This document shows positions 51,128-61,425 of a stretch of 64,000 nt of DNA, piece by piece (within the stretch, counting starts at the first letter, position 1; every line of letters begins with the position of its first letter). Under the pieces are notes generated by a model, which saw only the letters and a list, made by a program, of their open reading frames with translations, did not search any database and was not told the DNA's origin. Source of the stretch: an uncultured archaeon (GTDB lineage: Archaea; Altiarchaeota; Altiarchaeia; IMC4; SCGC-AAA252-I15); NCBI GenBank assembly GCA_964587725.1, contig CAZPLO010000001.1:96001-160000 (forward strand), given 5' to 3'. A program made the translations under genes and the position numbers.

Positions 51128-51492
51128 TTCACCACCACGTTCCCCGGCTTCTCCACAACCAACTCCAGCCGTCCATTGTAGAGTTGCACCACACCCAACA
51201 CCTCCACGGTCCGGTTCACCAGCTCATCCTCACCCAGTGAGGCGGCTACGTCATACGGCAGGTACACATCCATTGACGCGTCATCGTCTGATAGTGTCAT
51301 CATCACGCTGCCGCCGGTGAAGGTGTGAAGCCGGGACACCGTGCCCTCAACCCTCACCGCCTTCTCCAATGAAGAACCGGTCACATCCCGCAGCTGTGAT
51401 AGAGGGGGGCGGATGGACGGTGAAACAAACGCTATCAACAGTATCCCCGCTATGGAAACCACGCACGCGAGATACAACATCCGGTCAGCCAA
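51124..51492 (-). CDS. Membrane-anchored OB-fold protein
   Basis: N-terminal TM; VRVEGTV...VEVLGVVQLYNGRLEL. Confidence 0.78.
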   Translation of the reverse strand: MADRMLYLACVVSIAGILLIAFVSPSIRPPLSQLRDVTGSSLEKAVRVEGTVSRLHTFTGGSVMMTLSDDDASMDVYLPYDVAASLGEDELVNRTVEVLGVVQLYNGRLELVVEKPGNVVVK

Positions 51493-51535
51493 GATGAACC
51501 ACCCCGTAAAAGTGGTTACGTATAGGAACAGGTAT

Positions 51536-51691
51536 TTAAGCGGTTGAGATAGCCTTCTTACGGCTCTTCCGGCGTATCCTGCCGACTTTACCGCATTTCC
51601 TGCAGCGCGTCGCCTTCAACGGGTTCTTCGCGTTGCAGCTCATGCACACGCCCTTGAACAGCCGCCGCTCAGCCTCCTTAAACTTAGCCAT
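51536..51691 (-). CDS. rpl40e: 50S ribosomal protein L40e (not in ORF track)
   Basis: [34 protein letters not shown]. Confidence 0.93.
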   Translation of the reverse strand: MAKFKEAERRLFKGVCMSCNAKNPLKATRCRKCGKVGRIRRKSRKKAISTA

Positions 51692-51763
51692 CGCCAGCCA
51701 ATATATAGGGGAAAAGCATATAAAAGTACGCTATATAAACGAGGAAAACATAAAACCTTAGAC

Positions 51764-51892
51764 AGCGGGGTTGAGCAGCCAGGAGTGCTCGTCGGGCTCA
51801 TATGCAAAACCCTCAGGTTTTGATACACCAAAAACCTGTTAGGTTTTTGCTGTGTAACCCGAAGGCCAGTGGTTCAAATCCACTCCCCGCTA
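51764..51892 (+). tRNA. Initiator tRNA-Met(CAT) with a 54-nt intron (51803-51856)
   Basis: A1-U72 pair, GGG/CCC anticodon stem, CTCATA|intron|ACCCGA, GGTTCAAATCC. Confidence 0.92.
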
Positions 51893-51906
51893 ACCTTTCT
51901 TCTTTC

Positions 51907-52005
51907 TCAGGGTATCGCTATTTGGTTGACGTAGATGGACATGAACAGTAGCAGGAGTACCGCGAACAATATGGCGGCGGCAATCTCGAAGAAGGGGTTC
52001 TTCAT
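51907..52005 (-). CDS. 32-aa single-TM microprotein (not in ORF track)
   Basis: MKNPFFEIAAAILFAVLLLLFMSIYVNQIAIP with GC-rich third positions. Confidence 0.55.
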   Translation of the reverse strand: MKNPFFEIAAAILFAVLLLLFMSIYVNQIAIP

Positions 52006-52006
52006 C

Positions 52007-52065
52007 GTTTAAACTATTTGAACTTTTGTTTAAATTGTTTTGAATTTTGTTTAAACAGTTTAAAA
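52007..52065. repeat. AT-rich TTT(A/G)AA array
   Basis: GTTTAAAC, TTTGAAC, GTTTAAAT, TTTGAAT, GTTTAAAC, GTTTAAAA in tandem. Confidence 0.7.
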
Positions 52066-52872
52066 TCCGAGTATGGCGGCCGACATCAGGTATCCGATGA
52101 GGAGGCCGATGGATATTGGTGGTAGGGCGGGTAGGGCTGCTTTCTCCTTGCTCTGGAGGTAGTAGTATAATGCTATGAGGCCGAGTAGGCCGCCGAATGC
52201 GGTGGGTATTGCGTGGCCTGTGCCGTGGGTCGCGAGCACGGAGACAGTGAACGCCAGCGGCAGGGCTAGGTCGCCGGCGCCCAAACCCATGACGCGGTCC
52301 CCCAAGGGTATGAGGAACATGAGGGCGAATTTGCCTTTACTTTCCTCCGCTATCTTCACCATGTGTTTGGTGACGAACACCGCCACCACATCGTAGACTG
52401 ACATCAGCAGCAACAGTATTAAGGCTGGCGTGAAGCCTAGGGATGCGCCAAGGACGGAGCCGACGCCGGATATGGTCAGCACCAGTACTATGTTGACTGT
52501 GTTGGGGTCGCTGCGCCGCCAGAACGCGTAAGCGAGAATCAGTATCGTGAGTATGAGTGAGTAGTCTCCGACGAACGCGGACGTGGTGAACAGGATGCCC
52601 ATGAAAAAGGATAGCATCAGGGCTCCGCGGATGATGAAACCCCACTTCTTCTTCATGATGAACAGGAGGGCGGCGGTGGCGACGAGGATGTAGAGGAAGA
52701 TGTGTATCGACGACGCCGGGTCCTCCGGGTTGGAGACAACAGGCTGAATAACCTGCTCCTGACCCTCCGGCGGATACATGAGGGGGAGGATGAAGGATGC
52801 GGTGTTCAAGCCCAACAGTATGGTTGTGAGGTAGATGGAACACAGTAGTACAAGGTTGCGGTAGTCCCTCAT
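52060..52872 (-). CDS. Presenilin-family intramembrane aspartyl protease
   Basis: YD (VYDVVAV), GxGD (LGAGD) and PAL (LPALP) motifs in a multi-TM protein. Confidence 0.88.
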   Translation of the reverse strand: MRDYRNLVLLCSIYLTTILLGLNTASFILPLMYPPEGQEQVIQPVVSNPEDPASSIHIFLYILVATAALLFIMKKKWGFIIRGALMLSFFMGILFTTSAFVGDYSLILTILILAYAFWRRSDPNTVNIVLVLTISGVGSVLGASLGFTPALILLLLMSVYDVVAVFVTKHMVKIAEESKGKFALMFLIPLGDRVMGLGAGDLALPLAFTVSVLATHGTGHAIPTAFGGLLGLIALYYYLQSKEKAALPALPPISIGLLIGYLMSAAILGF

Positions 52873-52911
52873 GTAAAGGTAAAGGAAAAATAAGGAGAAA
52901 AAGAGGAGGGT

Positions 52912-54870
52912 TTATTTGTTTCTCTCCTCTATCAGCTTCTCCACCACCGTCGGGTCAGCCAAGGTGGTGGTGTCGCCTATGTCCTTAACGCCCTCCGCGA
53001 TTTTCCGGAGTATCCGGCGCATGATTTTGCCGCTCCGGGTCTTCGGAAGGGCGTCCGCGAACTGCACCCTTTCGGGTTTCGCGATGGGACCGATTTCGGT
53101 GCCGACGAACGCGCGAAGCTCCTTCGCCAGTTCCTCGGTTTTGTCGACGCCCTGGTTGAGGGTTACGAACGCATACAGTGCCTGCCCCTTCACCTCATGG
53201 GGTATTGGAACAACCGCTGCTTCCGCCACAACCTTGTGGAGTACCAACGCACTCTCAACCTCCGCCGTTCCTATGCGGTGTCCGCTGACGTTTATGACGT
53301 CGTCTATCCGGCCCATCAGCCAGTAGTCGCCGTCCTCGTCTATGCGGGCACCGTCACCGGTCAGGTAGATGCCGGGGTACTGGCTGAAATAGGTTTTCCT
53401 GAAACGGTCCGGGTCTCCGTATACTGTGCGGAGCATGCTCGGCCACGGCTGCTCGATAACCAAGAACCCGCCTTCGTTGACTGCCGCTTTTTCGTTGGCG
53501 TCCTTCTTCAGTATCTTCGGCTTCACGCCGAAAAATGGTCTGCTGGCGGAGCCGGGCTTCAGCGTGAACGCTCCGGGCAGCGGCGTAATCAGTATTCCGC
53601 CGGTCTCCGTCTGCCACCACGTATCCACAATCGGGCACTCTCCGCGTCCGATTACGTTGTAGTACCAAAGCCACGCCTCCGGGTTAATGGGCTCGCCGAC
53701 GGAACCGAGCAGCTGTAGGCTGCTTAGGTCGTGTTTCTTCGGCCACTCGTCCCCGTATTTCGCGACCGCGCGGATGGCGGTAGGGGCGGTGTAGAATATG
53801 TTCACCTTGTGTTTCTCCACGATGTCCCAGAACCGGTCCGCCTCCGGGTAGAAGGGGGTTCCTTCGAACATCACGGTTATGGCTCCGTTGCCCAGCGGGC
53901 CGTAGATGATGTAGCTGTGGCCGGTAATCCATCCTATGTCTGCGGTGCAGAAGTACACGTCGCCGTCGTGGTAGTCGAACACGTACTTGTGTGTCAGCTG
54001 CGTGTACACCATGTAGCCTCCGGTGGTGTGCAACACACCCTTCGGCTTGCCGGTGGTTCCGGACGTGTAGAGTATGAACAATGGGTCCTCCGCGTCCATC
54101 TCCTCACAAACGCACTCTGCAGATGCGCCGCTCATCTCGTCGGCCCATACCGTGTCGCGGTCGAGTTTCTCGTAGTCGTCGTCTGTTCTTTCCACGACGA
54201 TGACTTTCTCAACGCAGTCGCAGTCTTCCACGGCGTCGTTGGCGGCCTTCTTCAACGGAATAGCCCTGCCGCCGCGCATGCTGACGTTGCTCGTTATGAG
54301 TATTTTCGCCTCCGAATCCAGAATACGCTGCTTCAGGGATTCAGCGCTGAATCCGCCGAACACGATGCTGTGTATGGCTCCGATGCGCGCGCATGCCAGC
54401 ATGGAATAAGCCAGTTCGGGTATCATGGGCAGGTATATGCAGACCCTGTCGCCCTTGGATACTCCGTGCTTCTTCAACACGTTCGCGAACCTGCAGACCT
54501 GCTCGTGCAGCTGTTTGTATGTTATCTTCTGGACGTCCGAGGGGTCGTCTCCCTCCCAGATGATTGCGACCTGGCCGCCGCGGTCTTCCAGGTGGCGGTC
54601 GACGCAGTTGTAGCATGCGTTCAGCTTGGCGCCATCAAACCACTTACACTCGAGGGATTCTGGATTCCACTGGTATACTTTGTCCCATTTCTTGAACCAG
54701 GTGGTGTTCTCGGCCATCTCAGCCCAGAAGCCGTCCGGGTCTTCAAGAGACCGCTTGTACATCTCCTCGTATTGTTCGACGCTTTTGATATGTGCTTTCT
54801 CTTTGAACCAATTCGGCGATTCAATCTTCTTTCCTTCACCCATCATGGATTCGATGCTGTCTTCAGCCAT
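52912..54870 (-). CDS. acs: Acetyl-CoA synthetase (AMP-forming)
   Basis: [44 protein letters not shown]. Confidence 0.96.
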   Translation of the reverse strand: MAEDSIESMMGEGKKIESPNWFKEKAHIKSVEQYEEMYKRSLEDPDGFWAEMAENTTWFKKWDKVYQWNPESLECKWFDGAKLNACYNCVDRHLEDRGGQVAIIWEGDDPSDVQKITYKQLHEQVCRFANVLKKHGVSKGDRVCIYLPMIPELAYSMLACARIGAIHSIVFGGFSAESLKQRILDSEAKILITSNVSMRGGRAIPLKKAANDAVEDCDCVEKVIVVERTDDDYEKLDRDTVWADEMSGASAECVCEEMDAEDPLFILYTSGTTGKPKGVLHTTGGYMVYTQLTHKYVFDYHDGDVYFCTADIGWITGHSYIIYGPLGNGAITVMFEGTPFYPEADRFWDIVEKHKVNIFYTAPTAIRAVAKYGDEWPKKHDLSSLQLLGSVGEPINPEAWLWYYNVIGRGECPIVDTWWQTETGGILITPLPGAFTLKPGSASRPFFGVKPKILKKDANEKAAVNEGGFLVIEQPWPSMLRTVYGDPDRFRKTYFSQYPGIYLTGDGARIDEDGDYWLMGRIDDVINVSGHRIGTAEVESALVLHKVVAEAAVVPIPHEVKGQALYAFVTLNQGVDKTEELAKELRAFVGTEIGPIAKPERVQFADALPKTRSGKIMRRILRKIAEGVKDIGDTTTLADPTVVEKLIEERNK

Positions 54871-54922
54871 TTCAGTTTACCTCTGTTTTATCGTAAAAAC
54901 GCGGATTCTGCCGCGGAGTATA

Positions 54923-55426
54923 TTACTTTGAAAGGTTGTTTAAAAAGTCCTGGAGGATGGGGAGGAGCTGCCGGGTTTCGGGAATGAATTCCTCCGTCTC
55001 AATCTTCTTCAGGGCCTCCTCCAGTGTCATGAACTCCCCGTACTCTATCTCGTCTTCAAGAAGGTCGGGTTTCTGGGATGTCTTGAAGCCATACACCGTG
55101 ACGTTTTCAGACTCCTCCGGCAGCCGCTTCCTGAAGTAACCCATCCTGAAGGGTTTCGAACGTAGGTCCGCCTCCTCCAGTCCTTCACGGACTACGGCGT
55201 CGTCGTAGCTTTCGCCCGAGGGGACGTGCCCGCCCAAGACGATGCTCCACCGGCCTCCGAAGAACTCCTTGTCCGATGCGCGTCTGTTGACTAGAATCCG
55301 CCAAGCAGGATCGAACACAAAAAACATCACACTGCGGTGCAACAGATTCTGTTCGTGGCATTCGTCCCTGCTGGCCTTCCCCAACACGGTGTCGTCTTCG
55401 TCCACTAAGTCCAAATACTCGGTCAT
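54923..55426 (-). CDS. NUDIX hydrolase (IDI1/YfcD-like)
   Basis: LLHRSV, GGHVPSGE...VREGLEE Nudix box. Confidence 0.85.
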   Translation of the reverse strand: MTEYLDLVDEDDTVLGKASRDECHEQNLLHRSVMFFVFDPAWRILVNRRASDKEFFGGRWSIVLGGHVPSGESYDDAVVREGLEEADLRSKPFRMGYFRKRLPEESENVTVYGFKTSQKPDLLEDEIEYGEFMTLEEALKKIETEEFIPETRQLLPILQDFLNNLSK

Positions 55427-57429
55427 CTCTCCTCGGTGAACATGAATTTTCCGTGGCGGGGCTCGTAAATTTCCCCTTTCTTCTTCAACTCGCTGATTAT
55501 CTGGTCGACGGTGAACTTGTCTATGTTCTTCTCCGACATCGCTTCCCTGATTCCATCCAGCGACGCCATGCCGTCGGGGCTCGACTCTATGATCTCCCTT
55601 ATCGTTTCCTCCACGGTGCGGATTCTGTCCCTCATGCTCTTCGGGTGGTCTGTTACGATGCGGTCTATGTCGAATTCCCCTGTTTCGGCGTCGTATGCTA
55701 TCTCCTTCAAAACGAAGTCTGTGAGTTTGATTGCTCTTTCAACGTCTCCGACCGAGACCTCGTCGCTGAGCCTCAGTTTCGCAGACGCCTCCGACAGTCT
55801 TACCAATGCCTCCAGCTGACGTGGTGTGGCTGCGGCTGCGCCTCCGCGGCCCCGCGCACGCAACGCAACATAGTATTCCCGTATCTTCTCCACCGTGTCC
55901 TGGGTGAGCTCCGGCCGGATGTTCCGGCGGGCGTAGGCTATGTATTTCCGGAACAATGCGGCGTCGACGGGCGGCCTTATCTCCTCCAGGCTCTCGCTGC
56001 GGTGCATCTTCAGCATGTGCTCGGCGATGCTCCGGTCCGTTTCTCTGTCCAACACGTCCCTTATCGGGAATATGAGGTCGAAACGCGAAATGAGGGTGGG
56101 AGGTATGTCAAACTGTTCCGCCAGCGGCTTGTAGTTGTCGAAGCGGCTGAACTTAGGATTAGAGGCTGCCAGTATGCTGGTGTTGGCCTTGAACTTGGTT
56201 ATGATGCCGGCTTTGGCGACGGATATTGTCTGCTGTTCCATGGCCTCGTGCATGGCGCTCCGGTCCTCCTTGTCCATTTTGTCGAATTCGTCTATTGCGG
56301 CGATGCCGCCGCCGGCCAGCACGAGCGCCCCCGCCTTCAGGGTCCACGCGCCGTCGGCGAGCTCGTCCTTTTCAGCGGTCGCCGTCAGTCCGGCTCCGGT
56401 GGTGCCTTTGCCTGTGACGTATATGCTCTTCGGGGCTATCTGGTCCACGTACTGGAGGACGCGGGATTTCGCCACGCCCGGGTCTCCGATGAGCAGCAGG
56501 TGTATGTCTCCGCGGGCTTTGGTGCCGTCCGGCAGAACCTTTCCCTGGCGGCCGCCGAACAGTTGCAGGGCTATTGCCTCCTTCACCTCCCGGTAGCCGT
56601 AGATGGATGGTGCGATGCAGTCGACTATTTTGTCGTGCAACCGCGGGTCCTTCGCAAGCTCCTGAATCTCCTTCTCTTCTTCGTCTGTTATCTCGAACTC
56701 CTCGAACTCGCGCTCCACCGCCTCCATGTGGTTTACTTCCAGGAATTTCCCGTATACGGAGCCCTTAGCCTTCTGAGGCTTCAGCCGGACTATTCCGGTG
56801 ATGATGACCTTGTCGCCTGCGGTGACGACGTCGGTCATGTCCTCCTCCGCCCAGAGTTCTATGCGACGTGCTTGTTCGCCGCCGACGAGCATCTCCAGAG
56901 GCTCCTGTATCTCGAGGCGCTGGACGTCAGTCCACTCGCTCTCCTCCAGTATGAAGCGGAAGTCGCTTTTCCCGCAGCTCCTGCAGCGGCCAGGTTCAAT
57001 GAGCATCCGCTTGTCCTGAACGATCCAGTTGTGTTCGTCACAGCGGCTGCACACAAACAATGCCTTGCTGACCTTCGGCAGCACGTCGCTGATTCTGTTT
57101 ACCACGCCTTCCACGGAGATGAACTTGCCTATGAAGTCCGACGTTATGTCTCTGACTGGGACGGTGTAGCCGCGTTCCTTCGGCACGTTTCTGAACCGGG
57201 CGTTGAATTTTGGGTTCTCTACGACTGTGAGGATGCCCATGTTGTTTAGGACTTCGTTGAAGTCCGCCAGCACTTCGTCGGGGGTGTGGCGCAGGCGGTC
57301 GGCGAGGTCTCTGTCGTGGCGTTCCAGCTCCTCGAAATCCAGAACCAGGCTTTTTTTCTCGGGGTACTTCTCCCCCAGCCTGCGGAGCTGCTCCTTCTGC
57401 TTCCCCATGAAGGACTCAATCTTCTTCAA
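55423..57429 (-). CDS. mcm: Replicative DNA helicase MCM
   Basis: Zn finger CSRC/CRSC, IGDPGVAKS, IDEFDKM, SRFD, TPRQLE, C-terminal wH; no intein. Confidence 0.97.
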   Translation of the reverse strand: MKKIESFMGKQKEQLRRLGEKYPEKKSLVLDFEELERHDRDLADRLRHTPDEVLADFNEVLNNMGILTVVENPKFNARFRNVPKERGYTVPVRDITSDFIGKFISVEGVVNRISDVLPKVSKALFVCSRCDEHNWIVQDKRMLIEPGRCRSCGKSDFRFILEESEWTDVQRLEIQEPLEMLVGGEQARRIELWAEEDMTDVVTAGDKVIITGIVRLKPQKAKGSVYGKFLEVNHMEAVEREFEEFEITDEEEKEIQELAKDPRLHDKIVDCIAPSIYGYREVKEAIALQLFGGRQGKVLPDGTKARGDIHLLLIGDPGVAKSRVLQYVDQIAPKSIYVTGKGTTGAGLTATAEKDELADGAWTLKAGALVLAGGGIAAIDEFDKMDKEDRSAMHEAMEQQTISVAKAGIITKFKANTSILAASNPKFSRFDNYKPLAEQFDIPPTLISRFDLIFPIRDVLDRETDRSIAEHMLKMHRSESLEEIRPPVDAALFRKYIAYARRNIRPELTQDTVEKIREYYVALRARGRGGAAAATPRQLEALVRLSEASAKLRLSDEVSVGDVERAIKLTDFVLKEIAYDAETGEFDIDRIVTDHPKSMRDRIRTVEETIREIIESSPDGMASLDGIREAMSEKNIDKFTVDQIISELKKKGEIYEPRHGKFMFTEER

Positions 57430-57553
57430 GCCAACGCACCTCAGAAAAAGAGGGTTAAGGTATAGGGAGTCGGTTAAATAAAAAACCTATTTCGTCGTTT
57501 GTCGAACACGTTTTCGACGATTTTTAAATGATTGTCTACATAGTATTGATGGT

Positions 57554-58258
57554 ATGCTGAACGCGAGAGAGAGCGTGGCCAAGAACATCGCAGGAGAGAT
57601 AACCCTGTCGGACCGCTGCTGCACCACCATGAGAAAGTGGAGGGAGATATTCGGTGTGAAGCAGACGGACCTCGCCAGGGAGCTGCGTGTGTCTCCGTCG
57701 GTCATATCAGACTACGAGTCCGGACGGCGGAATTCGCCGGGCACTCACTTCGTGAAGAAGTACGTGGAGTCCCTGGTTGACATAGACGACCGCAACGGCG
57801 GGATGGTGCTGAGCAAGTTCATGGTGGAGCGACCCGAAGCCATAATGGAGCTGCATGAGTTCAGCAACCCCGTGAAGGCCTCCCGTTTCGTGAAACTCAT
57901 AGAGGGGGAAGTCATAGCCAACAAGCGGCTCATAGGCAACAGGGAATTGCGCGGCTACACCGTCATAGACAGCATCCAGGCCATACTGAACCTGAGCGAG
58001 CGCGAGTTCAGGAGCATCTACGGCTCCAGCACCGAACGGGCGCTGGTGTTCACGAAGGTGAAGATGGGGCGCTCGCCCATGATAGCGGTGAAGGTAACGC
58101 AGCCGAAGCCGGGGATGATAGTGTTGCACGGGGTAACCCCCAAGAAAGTCGACCGGCTCGCAACCCACATAGCGGAGAAGGAGAGGATACCGCTGGTGGT
58201 CTCCAAGGTGAAGACGGAGGAGGAGTTAATTGGGCGGGTGCGGAGGAATTTGACATGA
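57554..58258 (+). CDS. XRE-type HTH transcriptional regulator (archaeal COG1709-like)
   Basis: [14 protein letters not shown]...[13 protein letters not shown]; GYTVIDS, GRSPMIA. Confidence 0.85.
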   Translation: MLNARESVAKNIAGEITLSDRCCTTMRKWREIFGVKQTDLARELRVSPSVISDYESGRRNSPGTHFVKKYVESLVDIDDRNGGMVLSKFMVERPEAIMELHEFSNPVKASRFVKLIEGEVIANKRLIGNRELRGYTVIDSIQAILNLSEREFRSIYGSSTERALVFTKVKMGRSPMIAVKVTQPKPGMIVLHGVTPKKVDRLATHIAEKERIPLVVSKVKTEEELIGRVRRNLT

Positions 58259-59307
58259 CGGGAATAGTAGGGTACGGGGCGTATGTGCCCCGGTACAGGA
58301 TAACCCCCCACGAGATAAGCAAGGTGTGGGGCGGCGACGGAGAAAGGTGGAGCAAGGGATTGAATGTTAGGGAGAAGAGCGTGCCGGCCATGGACGAAGA
58401 CGTGGTCACAATAGCCACCGAGGCCGCGCGGCTGGCGCTGAAGCACTCCCAGGTTAATCCGAGAGACATCGAAGCAGTGTATGTTGGTTCCGAGTCGCAT
58501 CCTTACGCGGTGAAGCCGACCGCCACCATCGTGGCGGAGGCGATTGAGGCGACGCCGGACATGACCGCTGCAGACTACGAGTTCGCGTGCAAGGCGGGGA
58601 CCGCCGCCATCCAGACCTGCCTGGGGCTGGTTAAGTCCAAGATTGTGAAATACGGCCTCGCCATAGGCGCCGACACAAGCCAGGGCCGTCCCGGAGACGC
58701 CCTCGAATACACGGCATCCGCCGGCGGAGCGGCCTACGTGATAGGTGAAAGGAAGACTATAGCGGACATCAGAGACACGTACTCCTTCACCACCGACACG
58801 CCGGACTTCTGGAGGAGGGAGGGACAGGATTATCCCATGCACGGCAGCCGCTTCACAGGAGAGCCGGCGTACTTCAAACACGTCATATCCGCGTCCACCA
58901 GGATAATGGAACGCAATAACATGAAACCAGAAGACTTCAGGTATGCGGTGTTCCACCAGCCCAACGGCAAGTTCCCGCTGGCCGCCGCCAAGAAGCTTGG
59001 TTTCAAGAAGGAACAGGTCGAAACTGGATTGCTGACTCCGGTTATAGGAAACACCTACTCCGGTGCGACGCCGCTGGCGTTGAGCGCGGTGTTGGACGAG
59101 GCCGAAGCCGGCGACATGATACTCGCAACCTCGTACGGTTCAGGGGCGGGAAGCGACGCCTTTATCATAAAGGCTACAGATCGCATATCGAAGAACAGGA
59201 ACCCGAAACCTGTTCGGGAGCAGATAAAGGACCGCATATACATCGAATACAGCACCTACGCGAAATTCAAGGGCAAGATAAAGGGTGTGGGTCTGCAGAA
59301 GGGGTGA
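58255..59307 (+). CDS. Hydroxymethylglutaryl-CoA synthase
   Basis: [35 protein letters not shown]. Confidence 0.95.
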   Translation: MTGIVGYGAYVPRYRITPHEISKVWGGDGERWSKGLNVREKSVPAMDEDVVTIATEAARLALKHSQVNPRDIEAVYVGSESHPYAVKPTATIVAEAIEATPDMTAADYEFACKAGTAAIQTCLGLVKSKIVKYGLAIGADTSQGRPGDALEYTASAGGAAYVIGERKTIADIRDTYSFTTDTPDFWRREGQDYPMHGSRFTGEPAYFKHVISASTRIMERNNMKPEDFRYAVFHQPNGKFPLAAAKKLGFKKEQVETGLLTPVIGNTYSGATPLALSAVLDEAEAGDMILATSYGSGAGSDAFIIKATDRISKNRNPKPVREQIKDRIYIEYSTYAKFKGKIKGVGLQKG

Positions 59308-60476
59308 ATGAAGTGAACGTAGCAGTAATAGGGGTGGGTTTGACCAGGTTCGGAGAGTTCTGGGAGAAAAGCTACCGCGACCTCATAACGGAGGCCGGCG
59401 TGCACGCCATAAAGGACGCGGGCATAGACGGCGTCGAAGTCGACGCACTGTATGTGGGCTCGATGACGCCCGGACTGTTCATACAGCAGGAGCACATCGG
59501 TGCGCTTGTTGCGGACAACTCCGGGCTGCTTGGGGTGCCGGCCACGCGAGTGGAGTCGGCCTGCGCGTCCGGGGGGGTTGCGCTGCGGCAGGCTTACCTC
59601 GCAATCAAAGCCGGCGTGGCGGACATTGTCGTCGCAGGCGGCGTGGAGAAGATGACCGACGTCAGCACCGAACACGCCACCGTCGCGTTGGCTGGGGCGG
59701 GCGACCAGGAGTGGGAGGCCTTCCACGGCGTGACGTTCCCGGCCATATACGCGCTGATGGCCCGCCGACACATGATAGAGTACGGGACCACGGAGGAGCA
59801 GATGGCGATGGTGTCCGTGAAAAACCACCACAACGGCTCGTTGAACCCGAACGCACAGTACAGGAAAAAGTTCACGTTGGAGGACGTCATGGACTCGGCT
59901 CCCATAGCCGACCCGCTGAAGCTGCTCGACTGCTCTCCCATAACAGACGGGGCGGCGGCTGTGATACTGGCGAGCGAAGAAAAGGCGAAAGAGCTGTCAG
60001 ACAAACCCGTATGGATTACCGGCAGCGGGCAGGCGTCCGACTCACTGGCATTGCACGACAGGAAGAGCATGTGCAGGATCGATGCGGCCGTGAAGGCGTC
60101 GAAGACCGCTTACAAGATGGCGGGTGTTACGCCGAACGACATAGACTTCGCGGAAGTCCACGACTGCTTCACCATAGCGGAGATAATGGCTGTTGAAAGC
60201 CTGGGGTTCTGCGAGCTCGGTTCCGGAGGAAGATTCACTGAAGACGGCGAGACCGCTTTGTACGGGAGCAAACCCGTCAACACCTCCGGAGGGCTGAAGG
60301 CGAAAGGCCACCCCGTCGGCGCCACCGGCATAGCGCAGGCCGTGGAGACGGTGCTGCAGCTGCGCGGGGAAGCGGACAAGAGACAGATAAAGGGTGCGAA
60401 GACCGGGTTGACGCATAACGTGGGGGGCAGCGGAGCTTCGTGCGTGGTTCACGTATTCCAGAAGGAGGTGGCATGA
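59304..60476 (+). CDS. Acetoacetyl-CoA thiolase, archaeal type
   Basis: [42 protein letters not shown]. Confidence 0.95.
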   Translation: MNEVNVAVIGVGLTRFGEFWEKSYRDLITEAGVHAIKDAGIDGVEVDALYVGSMTPGLFIQQEHIGALVADNSGLLGVPATRVESACASGGVALRQAYLAIKAGVADIVVAGGVEKMTDVSTEHATVALAGAGDQEWEAFHGVTFPAIYALMARRHMIEYGTTEEQMAMVSVKNHHNGSLNPNAQYRKKFTLEDVMDSAPIADPLKLLDCSPITDGAAAVILASEEKAKELSDKPVWITGSGQASDSLALHDRKSMCRIDAAVKASKTAYKMAGVTPNDIDFAEVHDCFTIAEIMAVESLGFCELGSGGRFTEDGETALYGSKPVNTSGGLKAKGHPVGATGIAQAVETVLQLRGEADKRQIKGAKTGLTHNVGGSGASCVVHVFQKEVA

Positions 60477-60877
60477 TGAGCGAAGGACTTGCGTTGCATT
60501 GGAGGCTGATCCCCCCCAGGTATAATCTCAGGGGGAGCGAGTGCAAGAACTGCGGACAACGGTTTTTTCCGCCCAGAAACATCTGCCCCGGCTGCAGGAG
60601 ACGCAGCAGGATGGAGGCGTTCAAGTTCAGCGGGGAAGGGGAAGTTTTCAGCTACACGGTAGTGTATGCTGCGCCCACTGGATTCGAGTACCAGAAGCCG
60701 TATGTGGTGGCTGTGGTGAAACTGGATGAAGGCACTATGTGCACCGCCCAGGTGGTGGACTGCGAGTCCGGCGAGGTTAAAGTTGGCAGCAGGGTGGAGG
60801 CCGTGTTCAGGAAGATAATGGCGGACAAGGACTCAGGGATAATACGCTACGGATACAAGTTCAAACTGAAGAAATAA
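60473..60877 (+). CDS. DUF35 Zn-ribbon/OB-fold scaffold protein
   Basis: CKNCG..FFPPR..CPGC, YGYKF; standard partner of HMG-CoA synthase and thiolase. Confidence 0.92.
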   Translation: MMSEGLALHWRLIPPRYNLRGSECKNCGQRFFPPRNICPGCRRRSRMEAFKFSGEGEVFSYTVVYAAPTGFEYQKPYVVAVVKLDEGTMCTAQVVDCESGEVKVGSRVEAVFRKIMADKDSGIIRYGYKFKLKK

Positions 60878-60943
60878 TTTACATATTTACATGCATAATT
60901 ATGTACAATGTATGAATAATTTACATATGTAAATAAACAGATA

Positions 60944-61393
60944 TTAGTATTTTATTTCGTGCTGCACATGCTCCCTGGCCTTCTGTATCGGATGTCCCTT
61001 GGCTAGTATGACCATAGTCACCAACGCAACGACAAAGGACATGACGAAATAGCCGAGGCCGACAGACAAACCGACCGCCGCCGAAACCCAGATGGCGGCG
61101 GCGGTGGTTATGCCGTGTATGATGTCGCCCTGCTGACGCCATATGACGCCGGCGCCGATGAAGCCCACGCCGGTCACAATCTGAGCCGCCACCCTCGAAG
61201 GCTCGCTGCCGACAGGGAAACCCAGAACCGACAACACCGTGAACAACGCAGAACCCATGCAGATGAGGCTGAATGTGCGCATGCCCGCGCCCTTTTCACC
61301 GCCCTTACGTTCTACGCCAATCATAAGCCCGAGGATAGCCGCGAACAAAACCCTCGCCAGCATCCCCAGCTCGACGTTCAAAGACTCCAGCAT
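60944..61393 (-). CDS. MgtC/SapB family membrane protein
   Basis: IGVER, AGMRTF, RVAAQIVTGVGFIGAG, GITTAA. Confidence 0.92.
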   Translation of the reverse strand: MLESLNVELGMLARVLFAAILGLMIGVERKGGEKGAGMRTFSLICMGSALFTVLSVLGFPVGSEPSRVAAQIVTGVGFIGAGVIWRQQGDIIHGITTAAAIWVSAAVGLSVGLGYFVMSFVVALVTMVILAKGHPIQKAREHVQHEIKY

Positions 61394-61425
61394 CCTGAAT
61401 AACAAAGGGGAGGGAGGGTATAAAA

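Noticed and set aside
54923-55426. Type 1 IPP isomerase call because of the nearby mevalonate operon
   Set aside because: The catalytic Cys-containing motif is replaced by SIVLGGH; kept as a generic NUDIX hydrolase
55453-57249. 598-aa plus-strand ORF (also the 428-aa ORF at 20095 and 418-aa ORF at 53731)
   Set aside because: Antisense shadows of mcm, the HerA-like gene and acs, expected with high GC at third positions
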